Source of the DNA: Felis catus
Taxonomy: Eukaryota
Reading direction: 5' to 3'
Length of the DNA: 64,000 nucleotides
Assembly: GCF_018350175.1 (NCBI RefSeq)
Contig: NC_058368.1
Location: forward strand, 8,680,001-8,744,000
Positions 1 through 12,231 of this stretch are shown in pieces. The first letter of the stretch is position 1; each line of letters opens with the position of its first letter. Made by a program: the position numbers and the translations under genes. The notes under the pieces were generated by a model, which searched no databases, was not told the origin of the DNA, and was given only the letters and a program-made list of their open reading frames with translations.

Positions 1-323
1 GATACCCAGTGCTCATCCCAACAAGTGCTCTCCTTAATGCCCGTCACCCATTTAGCCCATCCCTCCACCCACCTCCCTTCTAGCAATCCTCAGTTTATTC
101 TCTGTACTTAAGAGTCTCCAATGGTTTGCCTCTGTCTCTGTTTTTATCTTATTTTTCCTTCCCTTCCCCTGTGTTCATCTGTTGTGTTTCTTAAATTCCA
201 CTTATGAGTGAGATCATATATTTATCTTTTGCTGACATTTGGCTTAGCCTAATACAGTCTAGTTCCATCCACATTATTGCAAATGGCAGGAGTTCATTCT
301 TTTTGATCGCCGAGTAGTATTCC

Positions 324-371
<48 letters not shown>

Positions 372-500
372 CACACACCCCACATCTTCTTTATCCATTC
401 ATCAGTTGATGGACATTTGGGCTCTTTCCATACTTTGGCTATTGTTGAAAGTGCTGCTATAAATAGTGGGGTGCATGTGCCCTTTTGAATCAGCATTTTC
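1..500 (-). mobile_element. Carnivore L1 3' end fragment (ORF2 C-terminus + 3'UTR)
   Basis: The minus-strand ORF gives the L1 ORF2 C-terminal peptide ..TCTPLFIAALSTIAKVWKEPKCPSTDEWIKKMW..MEYYSAIKKNE; interrupted by (GT)n. Confidence 0.92.
326..368. repeat. (GT)n microsatellite inside L1 ORF2
   Basis: About 21 GT units, directly visible. Confidence 0.95.
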
Positions 501-1099
501 ACAGGCCAGATCTAGAAGGTGTTAAAATCTTCCAGGAATAACAATAGGGCGATTCTATCCCCTTTCATCATTTCAAAAACTTTGGAGACCTGGTATCAGA
601 GAGTGAGGCCTAGATGCCATGATTACCACAGCCTCATTCTCCTGACCAGCCCAGCAGTCACAGTAGTACATTTGCACTTTGGTCCTCATGACTTCCTGTG
701 TACCCCTGTCAGTCGCAGTTGGCAGAGGGGGCCCCACAGATGAGTCCATCATCTCCGCAGGTGATAAGTGTAAATGATTTTCTTCAGGAACCCACTAAAC
801 TGACAACCTGGTTGGAATGATGTGAAGGAAAGGGAGGCCGGCTACTGCATGTGCTATATCACAACTGAGTTCCTGGGGACCCCTGAGCCTACCCATTATT
901 ACCACATCAGACCCCAGCCTGGGTGTTAGCAGACTGTAAATGCAGAAAGGTGGGTTCTTAATGCCAATGCTCCATAGGTTTTCTAGACAAAGTGTTGCTC
1001 TTTATAATCCCCAAACAAATGACTTTGGGTCAAGAGGTCCTTAGTTCACTTGCTTTGGGCATTAGAATTTAGTGGTTTTAAGGATGTTTATTTAATATG

Positions 1100-2090
1100 A
1101 ATGATTAATTAATACCTTTTGGTAGACGTTTGCTTTTATCTCTTTTGGGTAAATCCATGAGAGTTGAATTGATAGATAGGTGCATATTTAGTTTTAGAAG
1201 AAACCTCCAGACTTTTTGTGGCCATTTTATCATGTATACTCACAGTGATGCTGTATGAGAGTTCTAGTAGCTCCAGACCCTTGCCAACATTTGTCATTGT
1301 CAGTCTTTTTAGTGTTGGCCATTTTGTTGAGTTTATGGTATTATCCTGTGGTTTTATCTTATTTATTTCTTATTTATTTCTTATTTATTTATTTATTGAG
1401 AGTGAGTGAGCATGAGTGGGGAAGAGAGGCAGAGGTAGAGAGAGAGGGGGCTCAAACCCACAACCCTGGAATCATGACCTAGGCCAAAATCAAGAGTCAG
1501 ATGCTCAACCGACTGAGCCACCCAGGTGCCCCTATCTTCTGGTTTTAATGTGCATTTTCTTGGTGGCTAAAATGGAGCACTTTTTCTTGTGTGTGTTGAC
1601 TTTCTGTATATATTCTTTTGTGAAATATCTGGTCAAAACATTTTTCCATTGTTACTTGGCTGTTTGTGTTTACTACTGAGTTGTAAGAGTTCTTTATACG
1701 TTCTAGAAACAAACTGTCAGATAAATGTTTTATAAATATTTTCTCCTAGTCTGTGGTTTGTCTCTTCAGTTTCTAACAAGTGTCTTTTGATGACAGAATT
1801 TTAAAATTTTGAGTGAAATATATATATTTTTTATTTTTTTGGTTGTTTTCTGTATCAAGTCTAAGAAACCTCTGCCATTTCCATTGCAAAGACATTCTCT
1901 AATGTTTTCTTTTATAAACTTTATATTTTAAACTCTTCAGCTACTTCATTGTTGTCTATGGTGGATATTAAGGATGAAGGGTTTTTTTTTTAAAGAAATA
2001 TCCAGTTGATTGATTTATCGTTACATTTGGAAATGCTTTCCTTTTCCCATTGAATGGCTTTGGTACTTTTGTGAAAAATCGACCAGGTAA
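1100..2090 (-). mobile_element. Ancient L1M fragment (3' part of ORF2), interrupted by a SINE
   Basis: Degenerate antisense L1 ORF2 motifs (gctccagacccttgccaacatttg; gcattttcttggtggct; ttcccattgaatggctttggtac). Confidence 0.75.
1359..1532 (-). mobile_element. Can-SINE (older subfamily)
   Basis: Antisense head ...gactgagccacccaggtgcccc with T-rich tail; degenerate TSD tatc(c/t)t(g/c)tggtttta. Confidence 0.9.
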
Positions 2091-4192
2091 TGTGAACAAA
2101 AATAGTAGAGGAGTGATCACTGAAAATATTCCCCTTCATAAATGCAATGAGAACACTGGCAAAAATGATCACAGTCCACATGTTCAGAATTATGTAAATT
2201 GACCAAAGGCTTACAACAATCTGGGGAGTGTTTATTCAAGAAAAACAGCCAAATCTCAGTAAGAACAGTGAATTTTCTGGCATTTTTACTTGCTCTATTT
2301 CAATCTCCTCCCCCCCAGCTGTAGGCTTGGTAAAACCTAGCAGCCTGGCAGCCACTGGAGAGAGCAAAGCAAGGCTGTTTAGAGCTGCATTCTCAGAGAA
2401 TTGTCATTATTTAACCCCTCTGGTAGTTCTGTGGAAGACCTGACTGAGAACTTGCCAGTGTAGCTTTGTTCGCCTTGGAGACATTAATTGAAATCAGGCC
2501 AAGGCAATTGTTAGGCATTGTGACTCTTTGAGTTAGGCGAGAATAGCCCCACGAACAGTGGGCTAACCAAAGTGCTTAAAGTAGCAAAGTTGGGGAACGA
2601 CGTTTGCATAAGAGGCTTTGAAAAGCTCTGATATGTTTCTGGGAATCCAAAAGGCCATGCTCATATTTAGGTGTACGCATCTTCCCAGAATGGTGTACAT
2701 GCTCAAGGAATATCTGCGGAGGCCCTAAGTGCTCACTTCTGGATAAGCTTGAGGCATTGGACAAGCAGGAAGTAGAGACCAAGGTGGAGCTGTGTAAACT
2801 GCCTGACTGAGTAGTTGAGAAATGCACCAGTCACACACAGACTGAGAGACCGGTTAGTTTCAGGCATTGAAGGCAATCTCTGTTCCATAATTAGCTACCT
2901 GCTAAGCTGATAGATCAAAGACTTCAGTGGCTACACATGACAATGAATACAGACTTTACAGAATTTGCTCAGAAAAGTCTCTAAACAAACCACAACAAAA
3001 ATAAACCCTGGGGAAAGAGGAAAGTCTGATTTCCAGTTTGCCAAATTACATCGTTTAAGATGTTCAGTTTTCAACAAAAAATGAGATACCCAAAGAATGA
3101 GGAAAGTAAGGCCAGTCACAGTGTGAGGGGATTGCACCGGAGAGGAGGCAGTCAGTAGAAACTCCCTGAGGAAGCCCATATATTGGATGCACTAGACAAA
3201 GACTTTAAAGCAGATGTTTTAGAGGCACTTAAAGAATGAAAAGAAACCATGTCTAAATAAATAAAGTATGAGAAAAATGCCTTGACCAAATATAAAATAT
3301 CAAAAGAGATAGCAATTATAAAAAAATTTAATAGAAATTCTAGAACTGAAAAGTACAATAATGGAAATGAAAAAATAACTAGAAGGGCTCAAGACCAGAT
3401 ATGAGCAAGTCGAAGAATCGCTAACTTGAAGAAAAGTGGAGAGTCTCAGACCTTGGGACATCATCAGACATAATGATATGTACACAATGGGAGCCCAGAA
3501 AAAGAGGAGAAAAAAGGAGGATAAAGAGTACTTAATGAAACAATGGCTAAAAACTTCCCAAATTTGATTCAAAGCATTAATCTGTACACCAAGGAAACTC
3601 AACAAACTCTAATCCAAATAGGATAAACTCAGAGAATTATCCTAGACGGCATCATAATTAAATTGCCAAAACCCAAAGAGAAAGAATCTTGAAAAGAGAA
3701 GCAATTCATTACAAATTCAAGGGATCCTAGATATATTAACAGCTTATTTCTCATCGAAAACCATGGAAGCTAGAAGGCAGTGGGTGAAATAGTCAAAGTT
3801 CTCAAATAAAAAGTTATAAACCAAAATTCTATATCCAGCAGATCTATTCTTCAATAATAAAGGAGAAATTAAATATTGCCACATTGATAAAAACTGAATT
3901 TGTCACTATTATATATCTTCCCCACAAAACTAAAAAAATCCTTTAGTAAAAGAAATGATAAGGCAATTAATATTGTAAACCAGAAAATACCTATTTAACA
4001 CAAAAGGGAGCAGTCAATTATGAAGAGAGGAATAAAGAGGACATAAAAATATAGAAAACAAATAGTAACAGCAAAGATGAATTCTGCCTTATCAATAATC
4101 ACAATAAATGTAAATTAATTATACACCCTAATTAAAAGGCAGAGAAATGAACACTGGATTAAAACAAAACAAACAAACAAACAAAAAAAACA

Positions 4193-4378
4193 GGGGCCCC
4201 TGGGAAGCCCAGTCAGTTAAGTGTCTGACTCTTGGTTTCAGCTCAGGTCATGATCTCGCAGTTCATGGGCTGGAGCCCTGTGTCAGGCTCTGGGCTGACA
4301 GTGTGGAGCCTGCTTGGGATTCTCCCTCTCCCCGCACCCCCCCCCCCGCCTCTTAAAATAAATAAAAGAAACTTTAAA
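4193..4378 (+). mobile_element. Can-SINE
   Basis: ggggcccctgggaagcccagtcagttaag head and A-rich tail. Confidence 0.9.
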
Positions 4379-4936
4379 ACAAAAACAAAACATGATCCAA
4401 CTATATGCCATCTACAAAAGACTTTAGATTTAACCTAGGCACAAACAGATGAAAATAAAAGGATAGAAAAAGGTATGCTATACAAACAAACTATACTAAA
4501 AGAGAACTGGAGTGTCTATACTAATATCAGACAAAATAGATTTTAAGATAAAAAATTGTTACTAGAGAGAAAGAAGAATAAAATGATAAAAAGGTCAACG
4601 TATTGAGAATATATAGCAATTTATAAACATATGTGCACCAAATGACTTGAGCCCTGAAATACATGAAACCACAACTGACAAAATTGAAGAGAGAAATAGA
4701 GAATTGAGCAAGAATAGTTGAAAGTTTCAATACTCAACTTGGAATAATCGATGGGGCACCTGGAGAGCAGATCAATAAGGAAATGGAAAACTTTTGATAA
4801 CACTGGAAGTCTGCTAGACCTAATAGAACTCTGTAGGACACTGTCCTAAACAGTAGAAGAACATATTTTTCCCCCAAAGGTACATGGAACATTCTTCAGG
4901 ACATACCATATGTTCAACTATAAAACAAGCCTCAGT

Positions 4937-5134
4937 GGGGACACCTGTGTGGCTCATTCAGTTAAGTGTCCAACTCTTGATTTCAGCTTAGGTCATAATC
5001 TCACGATTCCTGGGTTTTGAGCCCTACATTAAGCTCTGTGCTGATAGTGTGGAGCCTGCGTGGGATGCTTGCTCTCCCTCTCTCTCTGCCCCTCCCCCCA
5101 CCTCTCTCTCTCTCTCAAATAAACATTTAAAAAA
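4937..5134 (+). mobile_element. Can-SINE
   Basis: ggggacacctgtgtggctcattcagttaag head, (CT)n, aaataaa tail. Confidence 0.9.
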
Positions 5135-6514
5135 TGGATTTAACATTTAGTTATGAAATTAATACAAAGCATTTTATTCAGTTATAAGGGAATAAAATTA
5201 GGATAAGTAACTGAAAGAAATTTGAGGAATTAAAAAGAAAACCTGTAAATAACCAATGAGTTAAAAAAGAAACACAAGGGGAAAATTAGAAAAGACTTTG
5301 TGATGAATAGAAATGAAAACATGCCAGAACTTATAGGATACAGCTAAAGCGTGCTTAGAGGGAAATTTGTAGCTGTGGGTGCTTCTATTAACATATGAGA
5401 AAAATCTCAAACCTATAATCTTCTGTGCTTAGAAGTTAAGAAAAGAAGAGCGGACAAAAACACAAAGCATTAAAAAAATTAAAAATAAAAAAATAATTAA
5501 GCCTCCGTGACAAAGTAAATGAAACAGAGAACAGAAAAAAAACAATAAAGTCAGTTAAACCAAAAGTGGATTCTTCGAAAAAAAATCAACAAAATTGGCA
5601 AACAAGGGGAAAAAAAGAGAGAAGACTCAAGTTACTAAAATCTGATTTGAAAGAAGGGAGGAACATGACTACCAACCTCAGAGAAATAAAAAGGATTATA
5701 AGGGCATACTGTAACCAATTGTATATCAGGAATTAGGTAATGTCGATGAAATGGACAAATTCCTAGAAAGAAAACTGCATTGAGCATTAAATAAGACGTT
5801 TATAATGCTATTGTTATAGGTACTGGCCCATGCTTATTGCTAAATGAATGTTAGCTATATTATAGTATTATACGCAGGCTTCTTCATTTCTGGCCATCTT
5901 CATACCACAACTTCAGAAACACATTTCCATAAAGATACTTTAGTTCCCATTACAGATTGCTTTACCTGTTACCAAAATTGATTTAATTTAGTTCCATTTC
6001 TAGACCTGGTTGTATAAAGATTAAAAATCCGTGTTGAAAGTTTTTTCCCCTAAAATCATTAATGATGGACTTACTAATAACTGGAAGAAACTAGAACTTA
6101 ACCCGGCTTCTACCCCATTTCAAGATTGCGTTTGACATCTGAACCCTGTTTGGTATAATTCCCATTTGGATTATAACAAATTGAAACAGAAATGGTCCCC
6201 CTTTCTATATGTCCTGTTTTGAATGTATTGATAACCCTCCGAGGTTTTATTATACATTTTTCTTCTTTATGCTTTTCTGCTACATCTGTTTCTTTTTTTC
6301 TTATCATTTTATTCCTTTGGAACCATTGAGTCGCCGAATAAATAATCTTACTGCTCTCCGTCAAAAAAAAGGTTTTAAAGACCCTGATATGCATATATAG
6401 ATTCATTTCCCAATTGGTTCATTTCTATCTTCTACTTTTGACTACTTTCCTTTTCACAGTAGTTTTATTGTACTTAAAAGAGTTAATGTAATTCTTGTAT
6501 GTATTCAGTTTCAT

Positions 6515-6730
6515 TACAGTGGGAATAGCACTGGGTTTGGAACAAAGAGAATTGAGTTGATATCTGTAATTTCTTCCTCACCATTATGTGGCTGTTGACA
6601 AGTTACGTAGCCATCTGAGATTCTGTATTGTCAACTAGAAATTGGCAGTTGCACCTGTCTCAAAGCTGTTGGAATTAGATATGATTAAACAAAATAATTT
6701 TATGAAAGTGCTTACTCCACTTCAACAAGT
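6515..6730 (+). mobile_element. MIR (degenerate)
   Basis: agtgggaatagcactgggtttgga...tgacaagttac...tgagattctgt...aaagtgctt pattern. Confidence 0.55.
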
Positions 6731-7393
6731 GTTTATTTCCTTTTCCTTGAGCAAGTCAATTCTTCGTCAATAAAATTAGATTACAAACCTCGTAGGTTTT
6801 GAAGAGATGAAATATTCGAAGTAATTGATGTATCCTGCCAACGTAAGATACAATTATTCCCCTTTTTTGTTGTTGGAATGTCTTCTTTGTTGATATTTTG
6901 ACTACGTAATATATTTTGTTCAGAGAGAATTAAATACTCGTTGTATGTAGGTATCTATAACAATGCAATTCCTTACTCTACTGGATGAAGGACAGGTAGT
7001 ATATAATCATATAAGGAAAAGAATTTCAGGATATCTATCCTCCAGATAATATAACACTTCTATTTAAACCCCAGGTTAACGTTTGACCACAAGTCTTGAG
7101 AATAGTGCACGAAGTTGGAATTAAGTGCTTTGTCTTTAATAGTAATATCCTCAACTAAACAAAGCAGTGAACGGTGAGAAAGCTGATTCTATTACTCTGA
7201 GAAAGCGAGAGAACTTTTCATTTGCTCAGTGTGATGTTTTAAAAATCTTTTGCAGCAAGGATGAAAAAGCAAAATAATGAAGGAGTCAAGCAAACGATGA
7301 TTTGTTAAGATATAAACTGATAATAAGTCTTATAGAGCTTTGTTTTAAAGGAAAAACACCTCCCAGTTGGCTGCTAGGTATTAAAAGATAAAC

Positions 7394-7586
7394 TTTTTTT
7401 GAGAGAGAGAGAGAGTGGGAGAGAGTGAGCGAGCCAACAGGAAAGGGGGAGAGGGAGAAAGAGAATCTTAAGCAGGCTCCATGCTGAGTGTGACTGAAGC
7501 AGGGTTCAATCTCATGACCATGAGATCATGACTTGAGCCGAAATCAAGAGTTGGGCTCTCAACTGACTAAGCCACCCGGGCACCCC
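7394..7586 (-). mobile_element. Can-SINE (older subfamily) with TSD
   Basis: TSD aaaagataaac at 7383-7393 and 7587-7597. Confidence 0.92.
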
Positions 7587-7639
7587 AAAAGATAAACATT
7601 CTTACTTGCATTCACCAAATAGCAGTAATGGACATTTTT

Positions 7640-7874
7640 ATTATTTTTTTTTATTTAAAAAAATTTTTTTTAACATTTATTTATTTTTGAGACAGAGAGA
7701 GACAGAGCATGAACAGGGGAGGGGCAGAGAGAGAGGGAGACACAGAATCCGAAACAGGCCCCGGGCTCTGAGCTGTCAGCACAGAGCCCGACGCGGGGCT
7801 CGAACTCACAGACTGTGAGATCATGACCCGAGCCAAAGTCGGACGCTCCACCGACTGAGCCACCCAGGCGCCCC
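7640..7874 (-). mobile_element. Young SINEC_Fc-type SINE with TSD
   Basis: CpG-rich consensus-like body; TSD agtaatggacattttt at 7624 and 7875. Confidence 0.95.
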
Positions 7875-8192
7875 AGTAATGGACATTTTTAAATTGCGTA
7901 TGTTTTGAATTCTGGTCATGTGGGAAGAGGATAATCCTAATATCTCCTGGGAACATAGGATGCTTCCAAGTCCTGTAATTATTACGAATGCATCACTCAG
8001 GAATGATGTGGATGGAACAAGTACTCGTGCCTCAACTTTCTTAAATATCCAGAGGGAAGGACCACACGAGCCAAAATTACTACCACAACATCTCATTATG
8101 ACTTTAGAGTCTTACCATCTGAAAGACGTTTCAGTAGAAAATTTTCAGTATACTCAGGGGTAGCACAGAATCAAGACAGGGAACTTCTAGGA

Positions 8193-8455
8193 CAGCACCT
8201 CCTGGTAGAAATATGTGTGTCACACATATATAACTTTTAATTTTCTGGTAGTCACGTTAAAAAAAAAAAGTAAAAAGGAACAGGTGCAGTTAATTTAACA
8301 ATACATTGTATTGAGTTCAGTAGATCTAAAATATTACCATTTTGACATGTCCTCAATATAAAACTCATATGATACTGTATGTTATTGTTTTCATATTTTC
8401 CTCGCATAGCACATCTCTACTTGGAGTAGCCACATTTCAAGTACTGAACAATGTG
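8193..8455 (+). mobile_element. MER33-like hAT-Charlie MITE
   Basis: tagaaatat...aattttctggtagtcacgttaaaaaa..gtaaaaaggaacaggtg...agcacatctc...tagccacatttcaagt matches the MER33 consensus as recalled. Confidence 0.75.
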
Positions 8456-9411
8456 CTTGCTTCTTCCACAGGTACCTCTAATATTTCAGATATGGTCTAT
8501 AATCATACACATAGCACATTGGTTGTATAGGTATTTTGTTTATTTTTCTTTAAAATGTACAGTATCGTAAAACTATAGATTTCACACGAAAAAGAAAAAC
8601 ACCTCTTCTAATCCACAGCTTCAGCATGTCTTTCGTTTCATTTCTGTGCACCTGCTGGTCATGGTGAGCGGCTTTATATTTCTGACTGACTCTTTATAAT
8701 ATGACTCCGGCCCAGCCTACTGATCCAACCTGCGCATCTCATCGCCCCCCAATATACACCTCTGATAGAGGTTACGGCCCTTTCCTCATTACCCCATGGG
8801 TAGTCTGTGCTGACTTCTCTGGCTTTATTCATGATTTTCCATTGCCTGAACCTCTCACTCCTGTTCCCGAAGTGCATTTGTCTTGTTTCAATGAAACAAT
8901 AAGAAAATTTCTTCAGGGCAGAGGTCACATCTTTCATTTCCCCAAAGAGGCTTTTTGAATCTTGGCGTCCAATCTGACTTCCCTTCAGACCTGGAGAACT
9001 TTAAAAAATTACCAATTACTGATTATCGCCTCGCAGGAATACAGATTTGGTAGGGCAGCTGGGGTCCAGGAAACCCCATTTTTATCGGGCAACTCAGATG
9101 CTTCTCATGTATCTTCTCTAGGACTCCAATCAACGTCAAGGCATCAAGGACAAGCGGAATAAACACTAATAGGTAATAAATAGGCTTTTCAGACATGGAG
9201 GCTAAGGCTTTAATCAGAGGAATAAGTGATGAAGGCCAAAGAATCAGAAATAGCCAATAAGTCTCTAGGTTAAATGACTTAGCCATTCAGTATAAATTAT
9301 ACTAGCCAGGAAGATGAGCCAAAAATGGCCTTGGGATATATACCCTAGGCTATTTATTTCTTCACAGCAGGCCGACACCACCAAACTTAAATTTTTACAC
9401 ATCAAATTTTT

Positions 9412-9615
9412 TGTATTATATTGTTATTTCTTATTTGAGAGAGTCAGCGAGCACGAGCAGGGGAGAGGGGCAGAGAGAGAGAAAGAATCTTCTGCAGGCT
9501 CCATGTTCAACGCGAAGCCAGATGCGGGGCTCAATCCCACGACCCTGAGATCATGACCTGACTGAAATCAAGGGTCAGACGCTCAACCGACTGAGCACCC
9601 CCCCCCAGGTGCCCC
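9412..9615 (-). mobile_element. Can-SINE (older subfamily)
   Basis: Antisense SINE body ending caggtgcccc. Confidence 0.9.
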
Positions 9616-9935
9616 CACATCTAATTGTTTTAAACATAACCCAGATAAGCAGACTTTTAGCCATTCAGAGCCTGCCTGCTTGGCATACCCTGCAAAATTG
9701 TACCCAACACCTACAAGCCACAGAAAAGCCATGGGCAGTAAGGACTCCAAGCGGCCACCGCCCCTCCGCGCCCTCACACAAGGACCCTCTCCCATCCCTC
9801 TCTCCCGGAGAAGCTTGCCTGCCTTCTTTCCCTTCCGCGTAGCAACCCTGTGCAACGGCCTCTGGACGGTTGTGCTGAGACACTTGCCCCGCACACAAGC
9901 CTGTTGGAACATCATCCGGTGACACATGTGGGTGC

Positions 9936-9954
9936 TACTCCCACCTAGTGGTCG
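9936..9954 (-). promoter_or_regulatory. Candidate CTCF-binding motif
   Basis: Minus strand reads CGACCACTAGGTGGGAGTA, one mismatch to the core CCASYAGRKGGC; lies in a GC-richer unique patch. Confidence 0.45.
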
Positions 9955-10944
9955 TATCTTTCTACTTGCTCAGCCCTGAAATCCCTCGATCCCCCTCCAA
10001 AGGCACCATAGGGGTAAAGGGACCATGTGTAGATTCTGGAAGTCAGAAAACATTAGATTGAGAAGCACCAGTGGCCAGATAAGAGGCAGGTCAGCTCTGA
10101 CCCTGGGGAAGCACCTCCGTGTCCAGCAGGCTGGAACTCAGGATCTCACCAGGAAATGGGAGGAGGGAGGGGGTCACTGTGCAGAGGGTCCCCAGGGACC
10201 CTCACACAAGCCTGGCTGCTGGGCTGCGTCTGTAAATCATGTGTTTATCTCATTTCTAGAAGGTGTGGCACATAGGGCAGGATAATGGGAAAGAATGTTC
10301 AGGACTTTCACAAACATTAGATTCCGGAATTCATTTGGGGGAACTTTGAGAAATTTCTTCAGAGGATAGAAAACCAAAAGTAAAAAAAAAAATTTTATTA
10401 TGGAGATCTTTTTTGTTCCTCAGGAAAGAGACCATTATGATTTCTAATATTTATATCACATCGTAGACCTGGTCCCATGTGTTAAACTATCATAACAGCT
10501 CTCCATGTTCTTCTCATAATATTAAGGCTATAAAGCTATTCTTGTTTTAGTTAAGCCATTAAAGCTGGTAATATCCACCTAGGATGAGAATAATTTTCTC
10601 TAGCCCAGGCAAGGAAGACAGTTAAAAAGAAAAGTCAGTGGAGGAAAAAAAAAAAAAAAAGAAGAGATGTTTCACCTTTAATTATTTAACTTGCCAATTT
10701 TTTACTAACCTTTCGCTCTTTTATGTAGCCCAACCACGTGTCTTTTTGCTTGTTTTTTTTACTTAAGCCATAATTCATTGCCCTTTGAGTTAAGTTGGGA
10801 AGCTCCATTTCACAGCTGAAGAGGACCCTAGGCGGTCAGGCTTATGGAGCGGGGAGGAGAAAGTTTCTTCAGTGCCAAGACCTCAGAGGGTCTACCCGTT
10901 TTCTCTTCTCTCATATGCTCTAGTAAGAAGAAAAAGAACCTAGT

Positions 10945-11150
10945 GATAGCTGACATTTATATGGCACTTATAATACCAAGTGCTTTTCACATATTCATTC
11001 AGTCCCTGTGCCACCCAGAGGTTACACACTATTGAACCCCATTAATCGGATGGAAAAACTGAGGCAAAGAGAGCGAAAGTAACCTGTTGGGTGTATCAAG
11101 CTAGGAAGCCATGGAGCTGGGATTCAAATGTAGCTCACCCAGTTCCAGAA
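10945..11150 (-). mobile_element. MIR
   Basis: atagctgacatttat..gcactta...gatggaaaaactgaggc..aagtaacct...gagctgggattcaaa. Confidence 0.75.
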
Positions 11151-11997
11151 TCCGTGGTCCACTTGCTCTGCCGCCCTTGCCCAGCCCTGTGCCAAAGAGT
11201 TGGTTGGGGAACTTGCCTGTCTTGAACTTGGTTTGGCCTCACTGTGGCCACGGCCGTGACTCCTGGGAGAGCTCAGGGGCCTGTGGGTGGTAGGCGCAGC
11301 TGAGCACAGGGAACGGCACCGCTGTAGCTTCTGGTGCAGCAGTTCGGTGTCGACTGGGGAGAAATGTCTTGCTTTCGCAGTTTTTCCTAATTGCCTCCAC
11401 GCTGTCATTCTTAGTCCAGAGCATTTCATGTATATAACTTAGCGTATCGTCATTCCAGGGTGACCGTATTGTGGCAATCGGTCAACAAAGGGCTGCTTTC
11501 TAGGCATTTCTGGACTGCGAAACCTTGACTACTGGTTGGCCTTGTGGGCATTTACTGTGACCTACGTCATCACCGTAGTGGACTTGGGTCATTCTGCATT
11601 CTTCCCTTTTAATAAGAACAACCACATTCAAATGATTTACCCCAGAAGATACCTTGCTGCCAGCCTACCAACGTAGGTGTGCTTATTGATGCAGAGCTGG
11701 CTGGGAATCCCGTGCCCTACGGTTACCATACAGCTGGATGTGGGGAAGCCCAGAAGGGTGTGGTCCCAGGCGTGACCTGTGAAGGATGTGCCTTGCAGAA
11801 TTTTAGACTGCTTCAGCTTGCCCTCGTTATGGTCTTTATTAGCCATGCTGTTGTTGAGAAATCCAGTTGGAGTTTGTGAGCAACTGTTTAGACAACTATA
11901 AGCTATAGAAAATGGGAAAATGTCCGAAGAATCTCAGTGCCTTGGTGGCTTTACATTACATAGCTGCTGCTAGCATTTCCAATATATAAATGTGCCT

Positions 11998-12078
11998 ACC
12001 TTTCTTCCTCCCTTTCTTCCTTTCTTTCTCTTTCTTTCTTTCTTTCTTTCTTCCTCCCTTTCTTCCTTTCTTTCTTTT

Positions 12079-12133
<55 letters not shown>

Positions 12134-12231
12134 CTTTCTTCCTTTCTTCCTTTCTTTCTTTCTCCTTCTCTTTCTTTCTTCCTTTCTTCCTCTTTCTTTC
12201 TTTCTTTTTCTCTTTCTTTCTTTCTCTTTTT
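11998..12231. repeat. Complex (CTTT)n/(CCTT)n polypyrimidine microsatellite
   Basis: About 230 bp of C/T only. Confidence 0.95.

Larger units (their letters stand above)
2090..5775 (+). mobile_element. Ancient L1M element: 5'UTR, ORF1 and endonuclease part of ORF2, 3'-truncated; two SINEs inserted
   Basis: ORF1-like motifs (aaaacttcccaaatttga; aaaccatggaagctagaaggcagtggg; aaattctatatccagca), EN-like motifs (catgatccaactatatgccatctacaa; tactaatatcagacaaaatagattttaag), ending at gaaatggacaaattcctagaa (EMDKFLE). Confidence 0.85.

Noticed and set aside
4193..4290. tRNA-like A/B-box heads (tggctcagtcggtt...gttcgagccc)
   Set aside because: These are the tRNA-derived heads of SINEs, not tRNA genes.
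6110..6406. 98-aa ATG ORF in unique AT-rich sequence (possible viral or pseudogene relic)
   Set aside because: No recognisable motif, poly(A) or TSD; cannot be supported without a search.
7606..8096. Recurring 'GAWVAQSV.../RQRETEHE...' ORFs across the window
   Set aside because: All are translations of Can-SINE bodies, not a gene family.
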